DNA of 64,000 bases from Salinivirgaceae bacterium (GCA_030620515.1 JAUXEM010000001.1:2779-66778), one strand, 5' to 3'. Counted from the stretch's first letter, positions 1 to 8,621 are shown. Notes: generated by a model from the sequence alone, not told the origin. Made by a program: numbers and translations.

Positions 1-66
1 AAAAACAATGGATTCCTTAAGCGTTTAGGCCCTGCTAAAGGCGGATGTTGGGAGGTCGTAGAATGA
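1..66 (+). CDS. 3' end of an unidentified upstream CDS (partial, runs off window start)
   Basis: Frame 1 is open from base 1 (..KNNGFLKRLGPAKGGCWEVVE*). Its TGA at 64-66 overlaps the ATG at 63 of the next gene (ATGA junction). Too short to assign a family. Confidence 0.3.
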   Translation, partial: KNNGFLKRLGPAKGGCWEVVE

Positions 67-1337
67 AAAAAGTATTGATTTTAGCTTACGATTTTCCACC
101 TTATACTTCCATGGGGGGGCAACGCCCATATGGCTGGTTTAAAAATCTCAAAGAATTTGGTATTGAACCAACGGTAATCACACGCCACTGGCCAAATGAA
201 ATTAAATCAAAAATTGATTATAGCAAGGCTTGTGGTGTCTCAAATGAAACAATTACAAATGAATATGGTACATTAATAAAAGTTCCATACAAAGAAAATT
301 TACGTGATAAAATATTGATTAATAATGGTTTTTCAAAGTATTCAAATATTAGAAAAACACTAAGCCTGTTTTATTCTATTTTTCAGCACCTTAGTTTTAA
401 ATTCGATAATAAATCTACAATTTTTTATGCGGCAAATTCACTGTTAGCAGAAAATAAAATTGACTGCATAATTGCAACTGGCGAACCATTTATTCTGTTT
501 AGATATGCACATAAATTGAGTTTACTATATAAAATCCCTTGGTTTGCTGACTATAGAGACTGTTGGAGCGATAACTTTGAAATTAATAGACTCGCAGGTT
601 TTGATAAAATATTACATAAAACATTATTTAAACTATTAGAAAAGCATTATGTTAGTTCAGCCAAGGCAATTACTACTGCTGCACCATTCTTTAAGGTTCA
701 ACTTCAGCAATTATTCCCAAATAAAAACATTGAGGTTATTTTTAATGGATTTCAAGAAAGAATTACATCAGCGTATAATGAAGTAATTAAACAGAATAAG
801 TTTGAAATAGCCTTCGCTGGTACAATTTATCCATTTCAACCAATTGAATTGTTTTTAGCTGGATTGAAATTGTTTGTAAACAAGAATAATGAAACTAAAA
901 TTAATGTTGTCTTTTATGGTACAGATTTTAATCAATCGCAAAAGGACAGGATTACAAATTTTGACAAATCACTAATCTCATATCTTACAACAACAGAAAG
1001 AATTGCTCAAAACTCACTGTATGACAAATTGAAAGAATGTTCCTTATTGCTATTATTAGATAATAAAGGTATGATTTCAGGAAAACTGTATGAATATCTT
1101 ACTATGAACAAAAAAATACTAATGGCTGGTGGCGATTCTGGCTCAATGGAACAGATATTAAAAGAAACAAACACCGGCATTATTTGCAACAGCCCTGAAG
1201 AAATATTACAAGCTTTACAAGAGGCTTATGTAGAATGGCAGCAAACAGGTCAAGTTAAATGCGAATCAAAAAACATTAAACAATATTCGCGAAAAGAACA
1301 AACTAAGAAATTGGCTGAATTATTGAAAAGCCTATAA
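63..1337 (+). CDS. Glycosyltransferase (GT-B fold, group-1/GT4-like)
   Basis: ORF 45..1337. The internal ATG at 63 gives the typical N-terminus MKKVLILAYDFPPYTSMGGQRP and overlaps the upstream stop. It lies in a polysaccharide-type neighbourhood with a second GT at 8622. Confidence 0.8.
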   Translation: MKKVLILAYDFPPYTSMGGQRPYGWFKNLKEFGIEPTVITRHWPNEIKSKIDYSKACGVSNETITNEYGTLIKVPYKENLRDKILINNGFSKYSNIRKTLSLFYSIFQHLSFKFDNKSTIFYAANSLLAENKIDCIIATGEPFILFRYAHKLSLLYKIPWFADYRDCWSDNFEINRLAGFDKILHKTLFKLLEKHYVSSAKAITTAAPFFKVQLQQLFPNKNIEVIFNGFQERITSAYNEVIKQNKFEIAFAGTIYPFQPIELFLAGLKLFVNKNNETKINVVFYGTDFNQSQKDRITNFDKSLISYLTTTERIAQNSLYDKLKECSLLLLLDNKGMISGKLYEYLTMNKKILMAGGDSGSMEQILKETNTGIICNSPEEILQALQEAYVEWQQTGQVKCESKNIKQYSRKEQTKKLAELLKSL

Positions 1338-1727
1338 GCTAAGTAAGGCTCTAGTTAAAATAACGTTGTTATTAGTAAAGAGCCTGTAGAGCTCTAATAT
1401 CAATAGCCCGTGATGAAACCACGGGTAGTATGTCATTGATAAAATCGTTGCAAGCAGATTTTTTTTTAGAAACATGCATTTGCATGCAACGAAATAATGA
1501 GAATATACAAACAACATAGCTATTTTAAACTAGAGCCAGAAGTAACGAACCGCTCAATTTGGGTGTAAACTAAATTGAGTAGAATAATAGGATAAAAATA
1601 TATAATTCTATAAATATAACGCCCATATTTATACATGTTGGATAAATACTGCGCCTGTATTTCTATTATAATCAAAATATATAGGCTTGTTTTTTGTTCC
1701 ATCACTGTTTTTTTGTAATTTTGTTAT

Positions 1728-2966
1728 ATGATAACAAGAGATAACTATTTTCTAGAAATTGAGTCAGCTTTTAAATCCCTGTCAATTGTTGTGTTGATTG
1801 GAGCCAGGCAGGTTGGCAAAACAACAATAATGCAGAATTATAAGTATGATAATAAAACACTAAAACTAAATGGACAAAACCCTGAAGTTGCAAAAATATT
1901 TCAGAAGTATTCAAATATATTGTCATATGTTAAGATAAATCTGAATTACCAATTAGATGGTTACTTGTTAATAGATGAATTTCAGTTTATATCAGGTATT
2001 TCAACAATGATGAAGTTGTTAGTTGATGAAAACACGAAACTCAAAATTATTGTTACCGGAAGCTCCAGTTTAGAAATTTTAAAAAATGTAGAAGAGTCGT
2101 TAGCGGGCAGGGTTAGAGTTATAAATGTTTATTCATTATCGTTTAGTGAGTTTGTTAAATTCAAAGATAAAAACACCTTTTCAGAGTTAAATAAATACAA
2201 TATTAACACTCCTGATGTTATTGCAAACAAACAATTAAAGTATTATTTAATTGATTTTTTAACTTATGGCGGTATGCCAAGAGTTGCCTTAGCGCAAAAG
2301 GAGAATGAGAAAAAGAAGCTACTGAATGATATGTATCAAACATATTTATTAAAAGATGTGAAAGCTTATGTTAAAAATGAAGATTCGGTTGGCTTTAATA
2401 CACTATTGCGACTTCTGGCAGCCCAAATATCAAACTTAGTAAATATTAATGAGTTGTCGAAATTATCAGGTTTATCATATAAAAAAGCACAAGAATATAT
2501 TTATCTGTTGGAACAAATGTTTATTATAAAACTTGTAGAGCCCTATTCTAATAATACAAAAAAGACTATTACAAAAATGAAAAAGGTATTTTTCTATGAT
2601 ATTGGAATGAGAAATATAATTTATAATAGTTTTAATGACATTCATATTAGAACAGATAACGGAGCCGTGTTTGAAAATTTTGTTTATCTCGAAATTCTAA
2701 AGTCAATGCAAGCTACCACAATAGTTAACTTTTATAGAACTAATGATAATGCTGAAATAGATTTTATTTTAAATGACATGAAAACTTTAATGTCAATTGA
2801 AGTTAAATTTAAAGATTTAGATAAGCCTGTTCATTTAAAAGCTTTGCAAACCTTCAATAAAACTGAAGGTGTGGCAAATTCGTATGTTATAAATAAGTTA
2901 TTGAATACAGAAGCAAACAATGTGAAATATATACAAGCTTATTTAATAAAACACATTTTTTCTTAG
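1728..2966 (+). CDS. AAA+ ATPase, AAA_14/DUF4143-type orphan ATP-binding protein
   Basis: 412-aa ORF with Walker A LIGARQVGKTT and Walker B-like LLIDEFQ. Length and C-terminal region are typical of DUF4143 ATPases. ATG start confirmed at 1728. Confidence 0.8.
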   Translation: MITRDNYFLEIESAFKSLSIVVLIGARQVGKTTIMQNYKYDNKTLKLNGQNPEVAKIFQKYSNILSYVKINLNYQLDGYLLIDEFQFISGISTMMKLLVDENTKLKIIVTGSSSLEILKNVEESLAGRVRVINVYSLSFSEFVKFKDKNTFSELNKYNINTPDVIANKQLKYYLIDFLTYGGMPRVALAQKENEKKKLLNDMYQTYLLKDVKAYVKNEDSVGFNTLLRLLAAQISNLVNINELSKLSGLSYKKAQEYIYLLEQMFIIKLVEPYSNNTKKTITKMKKVFFYDIGMRNIIYNSFNDIHIRTDNGAVFENFVYLEILKSMQATTIVNFYRTNDNAEIDFILNDMKTLMSIEVKFKDLDKPVHLKALQTFNKTEGVANSYVINKLLNTEANNVKYIQAYLIKHIFS

Positions 2967-2975
2967 AGCTTGAAA

Positions 2976-3146
2976 ATGAATAAGTCATTTAGATTAGGCA
3001 TAGTTAGTGTGTGCAAGAAAGCCATAAAAGAAATTTATGCCGAATGCCAACAAAATGGACAAGTTAAATGCGAATCAAAAAACATTAAACAATATTCGCG
3101 AAAAGAGCAAACGAAAAAATTAGCTGCTTTGTTGCAATCCATTTGA
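2976..3146 (+). pseudogene. Remnant C-terminus of a paralogous glycosyltransferase (56 codons)
   Basis: Translation ..GIVSVCKKAIKEIYAECQQNGQVKCESKNIKQYSRKEQTKKLAALLQSI* aligns with the C-terminus of the 63..1337 protein (..GIICNSPEEILQALQEAYVEWQQTGQVKCESKNIKQYSRKEQTKKLAELLKSL*). 47 nt are identical (1251-1297 = 3060-3106). Confidence 0.6.
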
Positions 3147-4601
3147 GTTACTCTCCATACCTTTCCTAATTAAAATTAATACGACTACAAATAACAATTT
3201 TACAGGTATAACATACCTAACTAAACTTCCGAAATTCGCTGTTGTTAAGCCTATAAAAAAGGCAAAGGTTATGGTCATTATAAAAATAGATAGTACAAAA
3301 GGATCTTTGTAAACTCTCGTAAAGAAACCTAGCCCTTTTCGTTTAAAAAGCACAAAGAGAAAGAAGAATAAAAGAAATAGATTCTCTAATCCAGAGAAAA
3401 ACATTAATATACCCTCACCCTCCCAAATAAATGGTCTAAACAGTCCTGCTACAATAGCTTGCGGTGCCTTTTTAATAACTCCGGGTATGGTTGGCTCAAA
3501 TGTGCCTATATCGAAAGTATTACCTCCATAATAATCCTTTTTTAGGTCGTCTTGTATTATCCATGCTGTTTCAAGCATAGCATCAACACTGCCATAACGA
3601 GTATTTGCCTGTGAACTAGTTTGCACAAATATACCCAAACCACTTAACCAAATAACTAACATTACTAAGGGTAAGGCAATTACTCTTAAAAATGTACTTT
3701 TAATACGGTGCAAATAGTAAAAGCCTATCCAAATTAAACTAGAACCTATAGCAACATAAAACATAAAAGGTCTAATTGAAACAAGAATATAGCCCCAAAG
3801 CAATAACCATAATACATTAGCCCATGTTCTTTCTTTTTTAATAAAAATGCAATATATGTTAGTGTAAATAATTAGAATAGCGGTGAGTGTCCAGCCGTCT
3901 TTTAATATTCCACTGCTCCAAAAGACCACGCTAGGTATAAAAAAAACAGCATAGGCAAGCCATTTTTCATTAGAGGGGTAGAGCTCAACCAGCATTTTAT
4001 AAAAACGCCATATGCCAAAGTATAAAAAAAGGTTCATTACAATGGTATTACCTAAAAAACTACCTAAACCCAATAAATAAAAAGGTACATTAAAGCGACA
4101 AACCGCAAAGGAATTGGGGTCACGAAAATAAGTTGGCCAACCTGTGGTTCTGTCGAACATGCTAAAAACCTCAAGACTATGGTTACCTCCAAGTATTTTA
4201 AAAAAGGTAGGAATGTCTTTACCTAGCATTTTTACAGTACTGCCTGTTCCCCAGAAATAGTAAACGGTATCCCCACCGCCATAATAAAACAAGTAAATTA
4301 ATGCAAAAGCTAAGCCAGCAAATATTTTTACAAATAAACCTATGCGAAAGTATTTATAATAGGCATGCTCCTTAATATGTTTGTTTTTAATGCGTGTAGC
4401 TATAAAATAGGCTACTACAAGCAGGAGGGGTACTATGACGGCATCTTGTATGGTAATTATATTATTCAAGGTAAAAGTATTAAGTAAAAAGGCAAAAGTA
4501 TTAAGCCCGCCTGACTTATTCGGGCAGGTACAAAGTATCAAGTACAAAGTAAAGAGATTAAAGCAAAAAGGCAAAAGAATGTTGCGAGTTACGGGTCGCA
4601 A
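3120..4601 (-). CDS. Polytopic membrane protein of the polysaccharide locus (function unassigned; polymerase/ligase-like topology)
   Basis: 493-aa ORF with many hydrophobic segments. The first ~45 codons (about 4470-4601) are translated from intergenic repeat modules (gttgcgagttacggg, gcccgcctgacttattcgggcagg), so the true start is probably internal, e.g. TTG at 4469. Confidence 0.65.
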   Translation of the reverse strand: MRPVTRNILLPFCFNLFTLYLILCTCPNKSGGLNTFAFLLNTFTLNNIITIQDAVIVPLLLVVAYFIATRIKNKHIKEHAYYKYFRIGLFVKIFAGLAFALIYLFYYGGGDTVYYFWGTGSTVKMLGKDIPTFFKILGGNHSLEVFSMFDRTTGWPTYFRDPNSFAVCRFNVPFYLLGLGSFLGNTIVMNLFLYFGIWRFYKMLVELYPSNEKWLAYAVFFIPSVVFWSSGILKDGWTLTAILIIYTNIYCIFIKKERTWANVLWLLLWGYILVSIRPFMFYVAIGSSLIWIGFYYLHRIKSTFLRVIALPLVMLVIWLSGLGIFVQTSSQANTRYGSVDAMLETAWIIQDDLKKDYYGGNTFDIGTFEPTIPGVIKKAPQAIVAGLFRPFIWEGEGILMFFSGLENLFLLFFFLFVLFKRKGLGFFTRVYKDPFVLSIFIMTITFAFFIGLTTANFGSLVRYVIPVKLLFVVVLILIRKGMESNSNGLQQSS

Positions 4602-4632
4602 GTTAAAATTGTTGCTGGTTGCAAATAAAAAC

Positions 4633-4885
4633 GTTGCGGGTTTCGAGTTAGAAGAGTGTTTTTTAATCTGTGTAAATCTGAGCTATCTGTGGTGCAAAGA
4701 AATGAGTAATAATTAATTAACAATTAGTAATGTGTAATTGAAGAAGCTTGCTGATTTGGTAGAGTGTTGCTGGTTAAAAAACTTTGTGCCTTTGTGGTTA
4801 AATAATTAACAATGATTAATGTGACCACCCTATCTGTCGACTAGGCAGACCGACTTATTCGGGTTTGCCTTCAGGCAGGAAATAG
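4633..4885. repeat. Intergenic repeat mosaic, copy block 1 (modules A-B-D-A-C-D-E)
   Basis: 4661-4775 is about 93 percent identical to 8062-8183. 4776-4885 has the same module order as 6231-6345 (ctttgtg module, aattaacaat..taatg module, ccctgtctg/caggcagg palindrome). Confidence 0.75.
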
Positions 4886-4890
4886 GAACA

Positions 4891-5199
4891 CTAAGTCTTT
4901 TTAATATAAATTATAATACCAACTCTTTCAATATGCTCGAGAAGTTCTGCATTTTTAATAAAGTTAAGCGTATTAAGATCAATTGAATAGGGTAACAAAA
5001 GATCATCTATGGCAAAATAGATTTTATGTAAGTCGCTTAAATCTATGTTTTTACCGGAAATCACTAGATCAATATCTGAGCCCTCAGTATAATTGCCCAA
5101 AGCTCTGGAGCCGTATAATGTGGTACTCTCAATTTTTTCAAATTTCATAAATACCTCAGCAAGCTTCTGTAAAGTGGTAGAACTTAATCCGTAAGGCAT
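4891..5199 (-). CDS. Nucleotidyltransferase-domain protein (MNT / HI0073-like antitoxin)
   Basis: 102 aa with the minimal NTase motif LYGSRALGNYTEGSDIDLVISG. It overlaps the upstream HEPN gene by 16 nt. Confidence 0.85.
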   Translation of the reverse strand: MPYGLSSTTLQKLAEVFMKFEKIESTTLYGSRALGNYTEGSDIDLVISGKNIDLSDLHKIYFAIDDLLLPYSIDLNTLNFIKNAELLEHIERVGIIIYIKKT

Positions 5200-5603
5200 A
5201 ATTTATCCATTTTTTCTTCAAAGGTTTTAAAAAGCTCAAAGTATTTATTTACTATCCTATTAAAAATCTGTTCCGTAATCTCTTCATTATAGGTATGCGA
5301 TGTTAAGTTTCTATCGGCGATCATCTCCATCCATGTTTCCCCTTTGCTAATTAAATTTAGATTAAACGCTTTACGAGTAGCATCTTTGGAACCATAAATT
5401 TCCGTATCGCCTCGGTCTTTCAGAAAATCCTTCATTACTTTCCAACATAGCTCATGTGTGTATTCAAAGCCTTGAATTATTCCTTGTTTCTCCAGATTGC
5501 TCAAGCCAACTTTGTAAAACTGATTTACTCCTTGTTCCAATGTGGCAAAGGCTTTCTTATAATTATTAAACCGTTGTTTCCATCTTATGTCTTTACTTTG
5601 CAT
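5184..5603 (-). CDS. HEPN-domain nucleotidyltransferase substrate-binding protein (HI0074 family toxin)
   Basis: 139 aa; N-terminus IRWKQRFNNYKKAFATLEQ and the later R..LTSHTYNE (Rx4-6H-like HEPN motif). Paired with the MNT gene. Confidence 0.85.
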   Translation of the reverse strand: MQSKDIRWKQRFNNYKKAFATLEQGVNQFYKVGLSNLEKQGIIQGFEYTHELCWKVMKDFLKDRGDTEIYGSKDATRKAFNLNLISKGETWMEMIADRNLTSHTYNEEITEQIFNRIVNKYFELFKTFEEKMDKLCLTD

Positions 5604-5689
5604 GGCTTATGTTGTTTTGTGCTAAATTACTTAATAAATATTAGTGTAGCAAAATGTAATATGTTTATAATTACGCTTCTTTGGTTGCG

Positions 5690-6345
5690 TACGGTAAAAG
5701 AAAAGAGTTTCGCAATTCGTGGTGCGGGTTAGGAAAAGAGTTGCTTGTTGCAAGTTGCCGGTTAAGAGTGTTACATGTTTCGGGATAATAAAACTGTTAC
5801 TGGTTACTAGTTGCTTGTTGGGAAAAAGTTGCTGGTTACTTGTTGCTAGTTAAAAACAGTGAAGGGTTGCGAGATAAAAAAATGGTTGCAGGTTGCAAAT
5901 AAAAGCGTTGCGTGATTCAGGTTACGAGTTAGAAGAGTGTTGCCAGTTGCTTTTTAATCTGTGTTATCGGTGGTGGTATGGAATGAGTTGCGAGTTACAT
6001 ATTTCGTGGTAATAAAACTGTTGCAGGTTACTTGTTGCTAGTTAAAAACCTTTGTGTTCTTTGTGAAAACAACTTTGAGTCCTTTGTGGTAAAAAGGAGT
6101 TGCTAGTTGCAGGTAAAGAATGTTGCTAGTTGCAGGTTACGAGTTAAAAAGCTCTAGTTAGCTGCTTTTTAATCTGTGAAAATCTGAGCTATCGGTGGTG
6201 AAAATAATAGAAACAAGTTGCTTGTTGCTGGTTAAAAAACTTTGTGTTCTTTGTGAAAACAACTTTGAGTGCTTTGTGGTGAAATAATTATTTAACAATT
6301 AGTAATGATTAATGAGCCCGCCCTGTCTGGCAGGTAGTGAGACAA
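5690..6345. repeat. Intergenic repeat mosaic, copy block 2 (about 650 bp, non-coding)
   Basis: Dense reiteration of gttgcNggtt(a/g)c words, two aatctgtg..atc(g/t)gtggt modules, two ctttgtgttctttgtgaaaacaactttgagtNctttgtggt modules, then aattatttaacaattagtaatgattaatg and a ccctgtctggcagg palindrome. 6026-6126 nearly equals 7927-8027. Confidence 0.8.
6144..6172. terminator. Symmetric A-run/stem/T-run hairpin inside repeat module B (bidirectional terminator-like)
   Basis: ttaaaaagc-tctagttagct-gctttttaa: perfect 9-bp stem flanked by an A-run 5' and a T-run 3'. Equivalent hairpins occur at 8302-8330 and 9873-9901. Confidence 0.4.
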
Positions 6346-6648
6346 AAAACAACATGCTGATAATATGCATATTAGGTAAAATCACAAGGTTTGTGCAAAA
6401 ATATTATTATCAGCTATAAATAAAAATTTAACGAACTGTTGTTAATAAAAGGCTTAATTCTTTCAATATATATAGCTCTTTCTATCATGTGTATTATTAT
6501 AATTGTGTAAAAATAGTGCGTTTATATGTTATATCATACAAAGCTAACAGATATAAACATTCTATAACTTAAGAAGTTGCGATTATTCTAGTTTGATTGT
6601 TTTCCTGACGGCGTAAACAGTAAGCAAGTAATAAGAGCGAATTATAAA

Positions 6649-7758
6649 CTACAGCCTCTCTAACCATTTCGAAAAGAAAACATCATAAACTTTATACGCA
6701 CCATCTTCATGATAAATCATTTCCTTATCAATTAATGTTTTTAGAGATTTATTTACTGAACTTTGCGAAAAATTATACTTTCTCAAAAAACTGTTGGCAT
6801 TGGGACTTTTAATGTTATTCTCCTTTGCTACTGCATGCAAAAGCCTAAACTGTAAGCTCGTTAAAATGTTACGATAGTTTAAATATACAAACTCGTTTTC
6901 GTTTAATATATTTTTAAATACTGTTGTGCTGTGTTTTTTTGTAACAACTTTTGTGCTGTAAGTAAATAGTTTATTAAAAAAGTACTGAACATAAAAAGTG
7001 TGCACATCTAAAAAAGAGATATACTCTTTTACTAAACTGAACTCAATTTGTTTGCCGGCATCATTAAATTTTTTCTTAATAAATTCCGCATACACATCAA
7101 TATCTATCCGCTCTAGGTTAAGCATTTGTGAGCTTTGATAAAATGGGCGACCGTAATTATTAAACATGCTAATTAGTATGTGTTTACTGCTGCCTGAAAA
7201 AATATAATTGTCTTTATGTTGATGCTGTATGTTGGTACGTAAAATTGCTTCAGTATTTTTTTCGGGATAAGTTGTTATTTGCTGAAATTCATCAATTGCT
7301 ATAAGGTACTTGTCTTTTTGTTTTGCAAGATACTCGAAAATACTCTCCAATGATTGCACAGCCTCTTCAGGTTTTGAATAAGCAATTTCAAAATTAGGTT
7401 CTCCGGTAATATTATCAATACTTACTTTTGCTTTTATTCCTGCTATTAATACAGAAAGCTTTTTTAGCCAATTTGAATTATTTTTTTCTTCTATTAACAA
7501 CGCCCTGCTAAAAACTTGTATAAAGTCTTGCAGTTTTTCAGTTTTTAGTATGTCGATATATAGTAAGCGGTAATCTTCTTTGTTTTTTTTTATGTTAAAA
7601 AATAAATGTTTTATCAAACCGGTTTTTCCTAATCGCCTTATTGATGTTAAGGTTACGTTTCGTCCATTTTTATATGCCGAAATCAGTTCTTGTGTTTCGC
7701 TGTTTCTATCACAAAAAAGCTCAGGCTTTATATAATCTAGTATGGGAAAGGGATTCAT
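6649..7758 (-). CDS. ATP-binding protein, archaeal-ATPase (ATPase_2)/DUF234-like orphan
   Basis: 369 aa; Walker A SIRRLGKTGL, Walker B YLIAIDEFQQ, and a C-terminal winged-helix-like region. Flanked on both sides by the repeat mosaic. Confidence 0.75.
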   Translation of the reverse strand: MNPFPILDYIKPELFCDRNSETQELISAYKNGRNVTLTSIRRLGKTGLIKHLFFNIKKNKEDYRLLYIDILKTEKLQDFIQVFSRALLIEEKNNSNWLKKLSVLIAGIKAKVSIDNITGEPNFEIAYSKPEEAVQSLESIFEYLAKQKDKYLIAIDEFQQITTYPEKNTEAILRTNIQHQHKDNYIFSGSSKHILISMFNNYGRPFYQSSQMLNLERIDIDVYAEFIKKKFNDAGKQIEFSLVKEYISFLDVHTFYVQYFFNKLFTYSTKVVTKKHSTTVFKNILNENEFVYLNYRNILTSLQFRLLHAVAKENNIKSPNANSFLRKYNFSQSSVNKSLKTLIDKEMIYHEDGAYKVYDVFFSKWLERL

Positions 7759-7790
7759 AATTAATACATTGTTAATTAATATTCAACAAC

Positions 7791-7834
7791 ATCACTAAAA
7801 GCGCATCACTTTTAGTGCATCGCTTTTGGTGATG
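7791..7834. promoter_or_regulatory. Three-segment mutually exclusive inverted repeats just upstream of the 6649..7758 gene
   Basis: atcactaaaagcg / catcacttttagtg / catcgcttttggtgatg. Segment 1 can pair with segment 2 (cactaaaag/cttttagtg) or with segment 3 (atcactaaaagcg/cgcttttggtgat). It lies 33 bp from the ATG at 7758. Confidence 0.3.
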
Positions 7835-7881
7835 TAAATGTATGGTTTTTATTATTATTATCAAAACACCCATAAGCCAAT

Positions 7882-8505
7882 AAAACTGTTGCTTGATACA
7901 GGTTACTTGTTGGGAAAACTGTTGATGGTTACTTGTTGCTAGATAAAAAACTTTGTGTTCTTTGTGAAAACAACTTTGAGTGCTTTGTGGTAAAAAGGAG
8001 TTGCTAGTTGCAGGTAAAGAATGTTGCAGGTTTCTGGGTAGGAAGAGTATTGCCAGTTGCTTTTTAATCTGTGTAAATCTGTGTTATCTGTGGTTAAAAG
8101 AAATGAGTAATAATTAATTAACAATTAGTAATGTGTAATGTGTAATTGAAGAAGCTTGCTGATTTGGTAGAGCGTTGCTGGTTGCTTGGTGCTGGATACT
8201 TGGAGCTAGTTAATGGTTAAAAAGGCTAAAAGTTTCAGAATACGAATTAAAATTCTTTGTGCCTTCGTGCCTTTGTGGTAAAATAAATAACAAGTTACGA
8301 GTTAAAAAGTTATAGATAGCTGCTTTTTAATCTGTGAAAATCTGTGTTATCTGTGGTTAAAATAAATGAGTTGCGGGTATCGTGGTAATAAAACTATTAC
8401 TGATTACTAGTTGCAAATAAAAGTGTTGCGGGTTTCGTGTTGGGCGTTGTAAAATGCTTATTGGTTGCGGGTCTCGTGTTTTGGGGTAGTAACATTGTTG
8501 CTGCT
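7882..8505. repeat. Intergenic repeat mosaic, copy block 3 (about 620 bp, non-coding)
   Basis: Same module vocabulary as blocks 1 and 2. 7927-8027 matches 6026-6126, 8062-8183 matches 4661-4775, and 8285-8375 matches 6125-6215. Confidence 0.8.
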
Positions 8506-8621
8506 TTAAATATTTGGGGAATTAAAGTTATTCCTGACTGTTTGATAAATCTGCCTGCCATTGTAGCAAAAGAAGAAAGCCCCTGGCTAAGTAAATAATT
8601 AGAATTTACTACTTTTAGCAA

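Noticed and set aside
1332-1705. Two 61-aa minus-strand ORFs between the glycosyltransferase and the DUF4143 ATPase
   Set aside because: They are short, AT-rich, and have Ile/Tyr/Leu-biased composition typical of random ORFs in AT-rich spacers. There is no motif or coupling signal.
5690-8505. Possible CRISPR array in the repeat-dense non-coding blocks
   Set aside because: There is no constant-length direct repeat alternating with unique spacers. The repeats are heterogeneous modules in variable order, and no cas genes are present in the window.
4633-8505. Integron-like cassette array with attC sites
   Set aside because: No integron integrase or other recombinase is present. The cassettes are in mixed orientation. 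The inter-cassette DNA is hundreds of bp of mosaic repeats rather than single 60-140 bp attC palindromes with R''/R' core sites.
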